From assembly GCA_903813345.2 (NCBI GenBank), contig CAIIXF020000001.1, positions 44,082,001-44,146,000 on the forward strand: 64,000 nt of DNA, written 5' to 3'. The position numbers were made by a program, and so were the translations under genes. Source of the DNA: Owenia fusiformis. Taxonomy: Eukaryota. Shown here in pieces: positions 22,303-36,000 of the stretch; position 1 is the stretch's first letter, and each line of letters starts with the position of its first letter. The notes beneath the pieces are model-generated. The model saw only the letters and a program-made list of their open reading frames with translations, made no database searches and was not told where the DNA came from.

Positions 22303-25300
22303 ATGGTGCAAATCGACTTAGCAATTTTTACATTTATTTCACTCATAATCTTCCAGTTAACATCAGCCAATGATCTTGCAAGGGGTAAGTGTGCTTATAC
22401 TAGCCATTAGTTGTACATTTGAGAGACTGCCTGCGGCAATTTTTGGAACAGGCAACATCTTACAATATGATCTGTATAAAATTAGAAGAGACGAATGTCT
22501 CAGTCTGTCACCTGAGACTTGATGGTGTCAGGTGTCTTGATGGTCTCAGGTGCCACACAGTCACAGTGTGTAGTAGGGCTGTGCCGGAACCGGTTCGGAC
22601 GGTTCGGAATCGGAACCGGAACTTGGTCTCACGGAATCGGAACTTTCGGAACCCCTTTTGGTTCACAAATGAAAATAATTATGTATGAGTGAGTTCGACG
22701 GCGATCATGACGATATCGTCGTCCAAGTTTGTCAGGTTAACACTTACCTTTCCTGTCAAGCAAGTTTGAATGTTTTTACGAAAGAAATAGACTCTAAAAT
22801 CTGTAAAAAGAGAGAAAATTCGATCTTTTTTCTACTTGTTTTCACTTCCGGCTGCTCTGACCATAATGCGCATGCGTAATTGAAAAAAATCAATTAATCT
22901 GATATTGTAAGAGTTAAAATGTAATTAATTAACGCTGTTAGATTGTAAGACGTCATGGAAAAGTAAATTTATTCATTTATCTATGAGTATTTTCGCCCCG
23001 TCGATTCCTACTTCCAATGAAATCCGAAGGTCAAAGTTCGTAAAACAAAACTTGATTTCTGTTGATTTCTCCGCTATTTATTTTGTTTATGCGAGTAATA
23101 CACATGCAAATTGGATGTAGTTTGAAGGAAAACATCACTGGAGGAACAATGGTCACGGATATTAACGATTCAAAGCAAGTACTAAGGTAAGGGTCCGATA
23201 TTGTTCCGAAACCCTTCGGAACATGATATTAAAATTCCGAATTCCGGTATTTTAACAAAAGTCCGCGGTTCGGACCGATTCCGGTCGAATGGCACGGCCC
23301 TAGTGTGTAGCCTAGCCTAAATGATCAACATTCAAGTTGAACCTGAAACAGTCAGTCTGCTTTATAATATCTACAGTATTGGCCGCTAGAAAATCGTGAA
23401 TGTTGAAACTGAAATAGACTACATGTAGCTCTAGTCTACTGAAATCAGTTGCTAATCTTTAGATCTTTATCTCAAAAATGTTGAAAGCCCATGGTTACAA
23501 ACATCACAATCATCCGTATCGAAAGTCTGTAGAGTTTATCAGCTGCTTAATATGTGTCAATCATTACTTTCCTTTCTCAACAAGTCGACATTTTGTAGCG
23601 AGAAATCAAATTAGGCGTTTGGCAGAACTTTAAGAAATAGCGTTCGAAATCTTTCTTAAGGTGCCATGGAAGTTAACAGGAAATGACAAAACAGGAAGTG
23701 ACAATTTTTTTGCATTTTTAGAAATTTTTTGAACAAAGATAACAGGGTTCTGTTTTGATCTCCAGTCAATTCAACCAGTTCCAAATACCATTTACAGGTC
23801 CAGGATCACAATGTTCATAGTCAGAATGACCCTAAACATGATGAAATAACCTTTTCAGCCCTATGAAAATGTGACTGAAAAATAGCTAAAAGTAGGAGGT
23901 AGGAAAGGTCGCTAAACAGAATCTTTTGAATTTTTCAGAAAATGTGCCCAATTTATTGCTCTAAATGATACACATGCTATCTATTGCAAGACTTACGCCT
24001 GCCACAACCGTCACCATGTTAATCAGTGTTTTTTAAGTAGCGCAAGGATCCTGCCATGACCGTGGTAGTGTTATCGTGTAAGCCTGGTATAACCGTGACA
24101 GGCTGGTATAACCGTCACAATGCTGTATTCTATTGCAAGGCCTGTCATGACCCTGGAAGTGTTATCGTGGAAGCCTGGCGCGACCGTAGCCTTTATTGTG
24201 GTTTATAAGCGAATGTGAATATTAATGTATAGTAGTAATTTTGATTTTGACATGATTAAGGTAGTTAAACACCATGATCATAGTATTAAACTGTTTAATT
24301 GTAATGAGGATCACTTAAAATTGTTAAGGATATTCCTGGCATTAATGTCATACATATTTACTAGTCATTGCAATACATTATAACGGTCATAGTAGAACTA
24401 AGCCTAAATCTCTACATTACCACCCTCATACCTGGCCTTGCAATACTATATTACATTGTCACGGTCATACCAGGCTTTGCGATCCCATAATACATTGTCA
24501 TGGTCATGCCAGGTTTTCAAATACACATTGTCACGGTCAATTATAACAATCATAAATTTCTACATCACCACTCTCATACCCGAACTTGGAATACTATATC
24601 ACATTGCCATGGCGGTCATACCAAGCCTTGCAATACTATATCACATTGCCATGGCGGTCATACCAAGCCTTGCAATACTATATTACATTGCCATGGCGGT
24701 CATACCAAGCCTTGCAATAATATATTACATTGCCATGGTCATGCCAGGCTTTGCAATACACATTGTCACGGTTATAGCAGTCCTAATCGTAAATTTCTAC
24801 ATCACCACTAAAATACCTGAACTTGCAATACTATATTACATTGTCACGGTCATGCCAGGCTTTGCAGTACTATATTACATTTTACGGTCATACCAAGCCT
24901 TGCAGAACTATATTACATTGTCACGGTCATGGCACGCATTGCAATATAATACAGCATTGTCGCGGTTATACCAGGCTTTCACGATAACATTACCACGGTC
25001 ATGGCAGGATCCTTGCGCTACTTAAAAAACACTGAAAAACATGGTGACGGTTACGCCAGGCGTTAGTCTTGCAACAGATAGGGTCTCAAATGATACAATC
25101 TTTGAAAATTTGATATCATTCATAGATAAAGAAAAAGATGAAAAAACATGATTTGAAAAGTGATCTATTTTCCTTTTTATGACCGTAATTTTTGTTTAAG
25201 ACAATTTTCTAAAATTTCAAAAATTTTATCAGTTAGAGCATTACATTATTGGGCACATTTTCTGAAAATTTCAAAAGATTCTGTTCAGTGACCTTCCCTA

Positions 25301-28300
25301 GCTCCTACTTTTAGCTATTTTTCAGTCACATTTTCCTAGGGCTGAAAAGGTCATTTCACCATGTTTAGGGTCATTCTGACCATGAACATTGTGATCCTGG
25401 ACCTGTAAATGGTATTTGGAACTAGTTGAATTGACTGGAGATCAAAACAGAACTCTGTTATCTTTGTTCAAAAATGTCTAAAATTATGCAAAAAAAATTG
25501 TCACTTCCTGTTTTGTCATTTCTTGTTAACTTCCATAGCACCTTAAATTTAGTAATCTCTGGAGATTTTGAACATTAGTGTATATGCTACTTCATGAATG
25601 TTCCCTTCATCTGTATCCTACATTTCCAAAAATTTGTAAGTTATCAGCTGCTTTTGTGGCGATCAGGACTTCTCTTTATCCTCAAGTAGATATTTATTAC
25701 CGATAAACCAAAATGGCTGTTTTGACGGAAATTCATGAAGTAGCGTTCAAAGTTTCCTGAGATATCTAAATGAACTTTATAAAAATTCCTGAATTTCGGG
25801 TGCCTTATTTAGAAATCTCCCTCTAGCTCTGCCCACGCCATTCAAGATGGTATCTTCAGAAAATTTGTAATTTTTTGCTTCAAGCCATGTGAATGTGGAA
25901 CCATATCAAAACAAAATCATAATTATTCATGACACACTTTTATTACTCGCTTTTCTCATATTTGAGATGATAACTTTTCGAAATTACTTCTCTCCTGAAC
26001 GACACTGTGTGCCAATTGAATCCCTATGAAATAAATACTTATGATTTCAGTTTGAAATATGTCTTCACATTTAGACTACTGGAATAAACTAGAAGTAACC
26101 TTTAGTGAATCTGATGCGCCACAATGGAAATATTTTAAATTCAAGCTAGTATCTTATAATAAATTAGTCAAACTTCTGCAATGTAACTCATAAAATGATT
26201 TCATGATAAGCTTATTCTATTGATCATATTCAATATTTTAAGATTATCCTATTGAATATGCAGGTTTCTTAATTTAAACTACTTTTGGAGTTTGACATAC
26301 TCTTACAATTTGACCTACTTTTGCAACTTGACCTACTTTTGCAACTTGACCTAATTATAAATACAATGAGTATAAGGACTCACCATTATGAGCCCACATA
26401 ATGGTGCCATCTTTTCTTTATATCATTTTTAACAACTTGCATGAGACACACAATCATCACAGTATTTTTGTTTTAATTTCTTAAAAGTAAACATTTTCTA
26501 TGAACTGATGAACTTCCTTGATAAAGTGACTATAAAATGGACATTTTATTGCAAGATACAGTAAAACCTGTCTTAGTGAACACCTCTCTATAGTGAACTG
26601 TGTTTATTGAGCACCACTTCAAGACACAATTACATTGACTCCTGTATAAAAAAAACTCTTTTGTGAACACCTACCTACAGTGAACACCTTTTGTGGCTAA
26701 ACAGGTGATCACTATATACAGGTAATGTACACAGACAGATGAGGGATCCACACCCTTTTAACAAGTAAATTTATACTCAACTTTAGTATGCAATAAGTCA
26801 CTGATACTTGACAGTTCAGTCAATATTCAACATTAGTTTATCAATGGTTGTCTAACTTTTCACAAAAAGCTGTGTAAACATTTTAAAACTAAGCCTTTGA
26901 GGTAAAATGCATGAGATACATTCAAGTGCTGTCAAGAGAAAATTTGATAAATGACTAGCTCTTCTCATCTTCAAACTCGATGAATTTTATTGATTTGACA
27001 AACCATTCAATAAACACCAATTAATATTAAGTGCTTTTAGCTGTCGAATTTCAATTGAAATAAGACCATTTGTTTTTTGCTACTTCCATCAAATGTAATA
27101 AACTAGGCCATGCTATTGTGTAATTATCATACTATCGAGTTTAATTCATTTTTGCAGTTACATTTTATATTCACAGACTTGCCAACCTAAAATGAAAATT
27201 TTTCGGGAGATTTAAAAAAAATTGCGGTAATTTTACGGGAGTTATTTTACAAATCCGGGAGTTTTTGCGGGAGTTTTTTTGAAAAAAAGCGGGAGTTTTT
27301 ACGGGAGATTTTTAAAAAAACGGCAGTTTTTACGGGAGATTTAAAAAAACGGGAGTTTTTGCGGTAAATTTTGAAAAAAACGGGAGTTTTTACGGGAGAT
27401 TTTGAAAAAACGTGAGATATTTTAAAAAAGGTATTTTTCGCGCTAAATTTCAAAAAACGTGACTTTTTTTACTGAAGATTCCAGAAAAAAAACGGGAGTT
27501 TTTGCGTAGGTTCTGAAAAAACGGGAATTTTTACGGTAGACTTTGAAAAAACGGGTTTTTTTGCGGTAGATTTTTAAAAAAACGGGAGTTTTTACGGTAG
27601 ATTTCTGAAAAAACGGTAGTTTTTACGGTCGATTTCTGAAAAAACAGGAGTTTTTACGGTAGATTCTGAAAAAACGGGAGTTTTTACGGTCGATTTCGGA
27701 AAAAACAGGAGTTTTTACGGTAGATTTCGGAAAAAAACTGGAGTTTTTACGGTAGATTTCGGAAAAAACTGGAGTTTTTACGGCAGATTTTTGAAAAAAA
27801 CGGTAGTTTTTACTTTAGATTTTGAAAGTTAATAAATTAGTTAGAACTTATAATCTAAGATAGATGTCACTTACGTTCATTATTTCACAGCAGTCCCTAC
27901 CCATAATGCGCCTTATATTGCGGGAATATTTTGTTTAGCGCCATATAAAAACAAAATCTATTCTCCCGACAGAAGTATGACAGAATATGAACTGACCCCC
28001 GTTTGTGGACATTTGGTGTGGAAACTTATACCGAACTGATCGCAGAAAAGCAATTTGAATCATGGGAATGAAGTACTTTTAAGTTATTTATGAAAGTATC
28101 GATAGTGAACCATGGGAGCCAATCCTTGGAGTAAAAGAAAGAAGCATGCCTACAATAATCAAGGTCACAAATTTGTCAAATTCCTTTTAAATACGGTAGA
28201 TTTCGACAGCAAAAAACGGAGATTTTACGGGAGTTATACCAAGAATACGGGAGATTTTACGGGAGTTATACCAGAAAACAGGAGATTTTACGGGAGTTAT

Positions 28301-31300
28301 ACCAAGAATACGGGAGATTTTACAGGAGTTATACCAGAATACGGGAGATTTTACGGGAGATTTCAGCAAAAATACGGGAGATTTTACGGCCATATTTTTA
28401 AAAAAATTACGGGAGATTTTAGTAGAAATACGGTACGGGAGTTTACGGTAGTTTTTACGGGAGAAAACGGTACGGGAGTTTGGTATTTTTTACGGAAAAA
28501 CAAAACATTTACGGGAGATTCCCGTAAAAAAACGGGAGGTTGGCAAGTCTGTATTCATTATTTTCTTTGAATTTTTCTGTAATTTTAGTTTTAAGTTAGT
28601 GTTTAGTTTTCAACCAAACTTGTTTTAAAAAACCATCACTAAACAAAGGTTTCATTTTGAGCTAGCAAGTGAATACTTCAATTAATTTACACTTTTGTCT
28701 GAATATTTGAGAGGCTAAAATTTAAGTTGAAATTGGACTTTTACATCAATAAAACTTTTAAAATGTGTTTAGTATCAGTTACCATATTAGAGGTTTTATA
28801 GTTGATTAGCTGTTAGTTAACTTACAAATGCTATTCAGGCCGTTGACTTTTGCAAAGTTTAAAACTTGGTCCAAAACTGCCCACTGTGCAAAAGGAATTT
28901 TGCATTCAGCCAACCATGACCCCATGTGAATTAATGACATATCATTAAAAGAGGGGAAATATGTCATGATGCAAGTAAATGAAATTGATGGCGTCATCAC
29001 TGGTTTTGTGGTTAAAGATTTATTTGCTCGTTGCATTTTTTTATATCCACTGTATAGAATTGATTTGATTTTATATTTTCAGCCTATGGTTAATATTCTG
29101 GTACTCATCACATTTTACTTTTTGCAAATGATATGGATCATCACAATGTTAACATTTTGTTTGTTCTTTGTTGCAGGTTGGGGAGATGGTATAGCATGGA
29201 TGTCTTTTAAAGATGGTTTAGAAGCTTCAAAAGAAAGGTAAAAGTTTAATTACAAATGACGAGTACTATACATTTTAAAATTAAGGAACTTAAATTTCAT
29301 TCCAGTACAGTAAATATTCATGTACTGTACATGGTTAACTACATTTTTCATCAAAATCCGATAGAAATTGAAAAAGTGAGTTTTCGTTGAAATACTTATA
29401 ATGGGATAGATATTATTTAAGCCTTTTATCAGCAAGCAGCATCACTTATATATTCAAGTGATTACTAAAGAAACCAATATTTGAAATACAATATACTCCC
29501 ACTTTCAAAATTTCAATCTTCACCTATTACGTGTACAAGGTTAACATTTACAAAACTTGTGACACCCTGCCATTCAACTCATATATCCAAAAGAGAAGTG
29601 ACTATTGGACTTTGAGATTATTCCAGATTCCATGTACTAGATCTGGTAGATGTAAAACCATAACCACCTTTTGTCAGGGAGAGATCAATTTCTAAACTGG
29701 ACTCATTTATTTTACTACCATACTTATATTGACTATATGTACCGTATTGTTCATAGTTTTATATTGTGTTTTCATTCATTTTTAGTGGGAAACCACTGAT
29801 GCTAATCATACACAAGACCTGGTGCGGTGCTTGTAAATGTAAGTTAATGGAAAATATTTTTCATCCTCAACAGTTCTCCAGACATCATCTACTCTGTTTC
29901 TTCCTTCCTTAAAGGAGGTATGAGTTTTGGAAGCCTGTGTTGGGAGGATAACATTTTTCAAAAAGTAAATTGGATACCATAAATCAAAAGATTTCTTGAT
30001 ACGAAAAATAAAAGCTCAAAGTGCTTTCTTTGATAAAATAACTAACTAGAAATTTTTGTCAGTGAAAATGAGACTTGATAGATTCATAGCAATTTATGAC
30101 TTATTTATTGGTTATCTTATGTGTAAAGTAGATCTAATTGTTAATCCCAAAATCAGTTGCTACAGTTGCCACCGGGTGCCTGTTCCTTGTCTGTCTCAAA
30201 TATACCAGGAGAGTTTTAGAGAAAAATAGATTAACTTAAGGAAATTTGTTGGTCTTTTAATGTAGAATGCTGATGTGAACTGATAAGATATCAATTTATG
30301 CATATGCCATACAACAAGTATTACCCATGATATAATGTGATTATGCTACAGAAACTCCATAGCTCATTCATTACATAGCAAGATCACCTTAATTTGGCCA
30401 TCTTGCCATCACATCTTGCAAATTCCATGATCATGAAATAACCTATAATTCTTGTTGCAGCATTAAAGCCCAAGTTTGGTGCACACAAGGGTATAGAAGA
30501 GCTTAGTGAAAACTTCATCATGGTCAATACAGAAGATGATGAGGAACCTGAAGGAGAAACTTACAAACCCGATGGTGGTTACATTCCTAGAATTCTATTT
30601 TTAAGTAAGTTCTTCATTTTAATAAGTAGAAATGCTGCCAATATACTTACTCTTTTTGTAAATCTATAAAATAAACTTTTTGTTAAAGAATGAAAAGCAT
30701 GTGACCTCATGCTTATTGAACAATAGGTATTATTTCCTAGGCTGCCTATTCATTGTATAGAAAATGTCAGGGCAGTATTCACAATACTGAACTGATACAA
30801 AGTTAAAGGGAGAATCGGATCCATAGGGAGTGACAAAATTGCAAGCAACATGTACAGTTAATCTACCAATGCAATATATTCCTTACAATCTCAAATATTA
30901 TATCTTCAAAAGATCACCAATATGTTATAAATCGGTGAAGTTATTAACGATTCAAAGTTCCAAAATGGGTAAAAACTAATTTTGCCTTTAAAAACTAAAA
31001 AGTTTTACTTTTGAGATTTTAGCCAAGAATCGCATACAAAATGCTTTTGTCCATGTTTTTCTTTACTAACTTGATTATACAGAGCAAGATTTAAACTGAA
31101 TGAAATTATAAAAATAAGTAATAGTTTGTCATTCTTTGATTTATTTAGACTACAAACACACATATATCTTACATTTTAGGGATTTTGGATAGTACACTTA
31201 TAATATTAATTACTCTAATTCTCAGTTTTAACATCTGTCACTCTAATGATCATATTTCCATTGCAGAAACAGATACATTAGAACAGATAGAGATGTGGTA

Positions 31301-31958
31301 CCTTTGATGAATATCTCTGTTTTAAGAGTATGCCACGAATATTTCATTAATCAGTGATGTTCTATGCATTTTAGATTCTGCTGGTGAGGTGCAGACAGAT
31401 ATCATCAATGAAGGTGGCAATCCTAGTTATAAATATTACTACCCAGATCCTGCTAATAGTAAGTTAATCCTCATCCTTAAAATAATATCATGGCAAATAG
31501 ATTTAAAATGGAATAGATGATAGCAAGTTAATTCTCATCCTAAAATCGGAATACAATGAAGATAATAAACACAATAATTTATACTGCAATTTGTGTGTAA
31601 AAGTTCTATAAACTATATATTTTATTTATTAAATAAAGAAATCAGTAAATATTCAAAAAGTGCTTATGCTCATGTGATCATAGTCTAGCTACAAGCCTTT
31701 GTGCCCTCCACTATACCTCCCCTATGTGAGAAGTTTTCTTACCTGTGTAGTCAAGTAATGGGAGGAGGGTCACAGGGGCTAGTAGTTAGACTAATGTGAT
31801 CCTTAAAAAATTGACATTTGACTAATTTTCTTCCAGTTCATAAGACCATGAGTAAAGCTAAAGATTCAATAAAAGCTGTAGCTGCTGACAGTGAAACTGT
31901 TAAGGAAGAAGAACCTATAGCAAGTGATGGTGGTAGAGATCCTGAGGGTGAACTTTAG
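22303..31958 (+). CDS. TXNDC12: Thioredoxin domain-containing protein 12 (ERp18/ERp19, AGR family), complete, 6 coding exons
   Basis: Exons 22303-22384 (signal peptide [28 protein letters not shown]), 29177-29237 ([19 protein letters not shown]), 29786-29838 ([17 protein letters not shown]), 30461-30604 (LKPKF...[12 protein letters not shown]...[11 protein letters not shown]), 31375-31458 (...NPSYKYYY...) and 31837-31958 (...DPEGEL*). All phases match. Has the CGAC active site and a KDEL-like C-terminus. Confidence 0.95.
22574..23302. mobile_element. hAT-type MITE with 8-bp TSD GTGTGTAG
   Basis: TIR TAGGGCTGTGCC / GGCACGGCCCTA. Perfect GTGTGTAG at 22566-22573 and 23303-23310. Subterminal CGGAA/TTCCG motif clusters. 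Confidence 0.9.
23660..25542. mobile_element. Kolobok-like non-autonomous DNA transposon (TTAA TSD, ~300-bp TIRs) containing a nested TIR element with 39/42-bp repeats
   Basis: TTAA|GGTGCCATGGAAGTTAACAGG... at 23656 and ...GTTAACTTCCATAGCACC|TTAA ending at 25546. TIR arms ~23660-23965 and ~25235-25542. Inner inverted repeat ~23977-24180 versus ~24900-25081, with tandem 39-42-bp units at 24430-24960. Confidence 0.85.
27174..28551. mobile_element. hAT-like non-autonomous element with 6-bp TSD (TATTCA) and ACGGGAG subterminal arrays
   Basis: TIR CAGACTTGCCAACCT / AGGTTGGCAAGTCTG. TATTCA at 27168-27173 and 28552-28557. Dozens of (A)CGGGAGTTTTT/CGGGAGATTTT motifs. Confidence 0.85.
31681..31793. 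mobile_element. ~110-bp MITE (TIR TAGTCTAGCTAC...GTAGTTAGACTA); second copy in opposite orientation at ~34377-34491
   Basis: TIRs are visible. The internal segment GTGTAGTCAAG..GGGAGG has its reverse complement CCTCCC..CTTGACTACAC in the second copy. Confidence 0.7.
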
Positions 31959-32783
31959 AAAATTATATCATCAAAATATGCTCAGTAAAACCTGTCCATG
32001 TTAACACCTCTCAGTGTTAATTTCAATAGAATCTGATTCAAGATTGAATGTACAGTGTAATATACTCCTGCTTGCCAAGCATAAGAGGAATATCATTGTT
32101 TTTTGTCTCCTTTACTGACAAACATACCTTTTCTGTGATATGACGATGTGCATTATGAGTGTTAACATAGATATGTTTTACTGTGGCCTCATCTCCATCT
32201 AAACATTTGTGTTGTTATGACAACTCCCACATTAATCACCCATACTTTACCAGGACACAAATAGTACTTACCTCTGTCTTAAAGAACAAATGATATTTGG
32301 AATATTTGAATAATTAATATTAATATTTGGGGTATTTGAACAATTAATATGTTGTCAGTTTGTCAATTTTATTTAACATGTGGACACCTGTGGATTACCA
32401 TTTGCATTCATTTGACTTAGCTTCTTAAAAGAAAGTTTTGTCTGCCTTAGTTAAAGAACTAGACTCTTTGCTCAGGGTATCTTTGGTTGGTTTTTAGGCT
32501 AACTAGATTTATCATTGATCGCGTCATGTTGTTGCATGTTGATAAATGTAGTTGAATAGTCTGGTCCTGAAATTAAATGAAGGACTTTGTCTCAATATAA
32601 ACCTATGCATTATTATCTGATATATAGTAAGTTGATAGATTCCCATGTTTGTCTAAATATGGTAAAGTGACATCTATTATGCACTAAAAATATTTATACA
32701 GAAAGACAATTCTGACATGTTATTGATGTTCTTACATGAAATGTAAATACAGCTTGACAATGTTCAAAACAAGTCATTAAAAC

Positions 32784-32789
32784 AATAAA
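32784..32789 (+). terminator. Candidate polyadenylation signal of TXNDC12
   Basis: AATAAA ~830 nt downstream of the stop codon, followed by T-rich sequence. Confidence 0.35.
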
Positions 32790-35001
32790 TATATTGTCAA
32801 ATCCTACATGATGTATCATGTTTATTTATTCCAATGTGTCACCACAATGTCATAAATTAGAGTATTGACATATATTAGTGGACTGATATACTTCTTATTA
32901 GGGAAATATGTTGTGAAATATTTCAGATTTTGAACAAATTTGTTTGTTGGGATTTGTCAATTTGGCACTGCCATTTTTGAGTTATAATATATACTCCTCA
33001 AAAAAAGTTGAAGACCAGTGGTTTTCCTCATAGGTTTTCATGTTAACCCCCATATTTGTTTGAATGGCTATTTTCTAGGCTTGGAACAAAAGAAAATCTG
33101 ATAAAGTTAATAAATCTGTATCTTGATTCTATTCTCTATAAGGTCTGCAAAATTCAATGTTATATCTCCATTACAATGGATCAAAATTTGATGTCAAAAT
33201 TGATGAATTTCATGAAATTAAGAAAAAATGGCCCCATGTAAACCAATAGGAAATGGTTGGGTTGCCATAAGTCATATGAGGAACGTTCCATCCATCAGAT
33301 TGCTTTCAAAATTCAATTCAATTTTCTAAATTGTCCACTGGAACAAAAATATGATTTAATTTTCCAGGTTTTAATGATCCTCTTATTGAAATAACACAGG
33401 TGGTCAAAATTACTTTAAAGCTCTGTATCGCTAATTTTAACAATATAAGCAAGACATTTAGCATGTAAAACATTTCGATTTTCTACTCAGAGAGTATTTT
33501 TAACAATGTTTTATTGAATAGATATTCCAAAATTTGAGTTGCCCCTAAGTCACCATTCCCCATTTGTTTAACATGGGATCTGCCATTTTTGTTAAACATT
33601 AAATTCATCAATTTTGACATCAAAATATATGCATCTAAATATTTTCAACATTTCTCAGCAGTAATACCATCTTGGTTACTTAGGTCAAAAGCCTTCTCTA
33701 TATTCCGGCTTTGAGTGATTGTTACAGCAGCCGTGGTATTCAGTATTTGTAAATCATGGTGACACACACATTGTTACGGCATAATTATATGAAACATACC
33801 TTTACGCATACATTTGCAGAATATCAGCTCATATCCCCGTCTCAATCGATTTTCATATGGGATTTAATTTAGCTAAGTGAAATTTTGTTTAAAAATGGCC
33901 TCAAATTTTCTGCTGAGTGAGCTGTATAAATGGTGGATCTGTTGAGTTTGAAGTTCTTTCCGAAAAGAAATTTTGAAATATCTAAATTCAAACAATCAAT
34001 GGGATGAGCTCAATATAATAAATATTCTCACAAATACTTATAAAAAATATTAAATAGGAGTTCTAGGTACTTGTGACACTTTTTCTAGAGTACATATGAA
34101 ATCAATGAACAACAACAGACAAAAGACTTAACAATAGACGTGGTATTCAACCCATGGAGTGACATTACCAATAGATACATTAAAACAAACAAATATTTAT
34201 ATTCTAATTAGTTTTTATTGCAAAAACTGCTAGCTGCAAAGCAATATAAAGAAGCTCTTACAAATACATGCAGTCACATTAACTGAGTCAAATAGTATCA
34301 AATACTTCTATGTTTAAAAATGCTGCACATTAAGTGACAATCAATAATGCAGGATAAAAGTCTCCGACTAAAACCCTAGTCTAGCAGTATCCTGTAACCC
34401 CCCTCCCACTTCTTGACTACACACCTTCTCACACAGGTGGGGAGGTGTGTAATGGGGGGGGGGGTTCTCACAAGGGCTCGTAGCTAAGACTACAAAAACC
34501 CATCACAGACTGTTTACATATGAACCTTAATATCAGAATGATTATTTGAATACTAGTAATAAATATATAAACTGAAGGCCAGACCCTAAAAGAAGCTGTC
34601 AGAGATTTTCCGTTTCTGAAATTAATGAAGACCAAAGAATGTTTCACAATGAGAGTGTAAGTGAAGCTCTCCTTGAGAGACACAAAGGGTAATGTGGCAA
34701 TGTTGTCCTTGTAGCTAATTGTAGGGCACTCAGTGTATGCAGTAGTCATTTGTCCAGCAACTACCTACATGGATGACATTCCCTCCCTGTACTCTATATA
34801 AACTATGATTTTACTCTTCAAAGGACAGTATATGGAGGATTGAAGTCAAGTTTCACAAATGTGCATGATACAAAAAATCATGTTGATATATAACACATCA
34901 TATTGAACTTAAGTCTACAAAGTTAAAATATTTTGCGAAAAAATATCTACATTGTACATTCTAAAGACTTCACCCAATTACACATAAATGTATATTATAT
35001 A

Positions 35002-36000
35002 CAGGGTGGTCCAAAAAAAAGTGAACCCCTGCAACAGGCTACAATTTTCTTAATACATGCATGAATTGGCTCATATTATCACATGTTGTAGAGAAAGGTC
35101 TAAAATTTTGGTTGATGCCATAATTTATTCTCAGTCTTAAATTTTGAAGAAATTACAAGCGTTTAACAAACATGCCTGGAAATTAGATATTGTACAAAAT
35201 CTTACAAATGTGATTCACGGAAATTGTTGAAACACATTGGATGATCTTAAACAGCTTTCAGTTAGAGATACAAGTTTAAAACCCTACCATATGACAAAAG
35301 GGACACTATTCAAGCAGAAAACACATTTCACACTTTCATTGATCATTTTGAAGCATTTTTAACTGTTCAACAGTTCAGGGGTATGTTACCTACACCAACA
35401 GTTCGAGGGGGGCCTCTTATGGAAGGAAGTTGCCCCCTGTGACCAGGAATCTGATAACCCCTTCATCAAATATCTTTAAAAAATCAAAAGAAAATCCAAT
35501 ATTCAATGTTTTGAGCCATATATCATTAGAATTGGTCCATTATTTATGAAGATATTGATATTTCAAGATCATATAGGGGTATGTTCATGATTTCACTGGA
35601 AAATGTTTTCGTCTGTGGAAGCTTAGCACATCTCTTTGGATCACAATAACTTTGCAACTAGCAAATGTAGGATGCTAGTTTTAAGCCATAATGTGCAAGA
35701 TTTAAAATTGAACAAAGTCAGAAAATATTAGTTCTTTAAGACTGCAGCTTAAAAAATTCTCAGGGGAAAGGTGTTAAAGGGTTGAAGAATTGCAGATATT
35801 GAAAATCATAATTTGTCCATTTTCAGTAATGTTTGGTTAGGGCTTATAATTTCTGCAAATTTCAAGACTAAGAAAAATGTATGGTACCAACATAAATTTT
35901 AGACCTTCATCTACAACATGTGAAAATAAAAAATAATTCCTGCAAGTAATAAGGGAAATATAGCCAGTTGCAGGGGTTCACTTTTTTTTGGACCACCCTG
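35002..36000. mobile_element. Tc1/mariner-type MITE (TA TSD)
   Basis: TA|CAGGGTGGTCCAAAAAAAAGTGAACCCCTGCAAC ... GTTGCAGGGGTTCACTTTTTTTTGGACCACCCTG|TA. The imperfect inverted repeat extends ~170 bp. Confidence 0.9.

Noticed and set aside
24438..25025. 195-aa and 103-aa repetitive ORFs
   Set aside because: They arise from 39/42-bp tandem repeats inside a TIR element.
28112..28570. 152-aa ORF inside a TIR element as a possible transposase
   Set aside because: It is mostly translation of the subterminal motif array and has no DDE or BED features.
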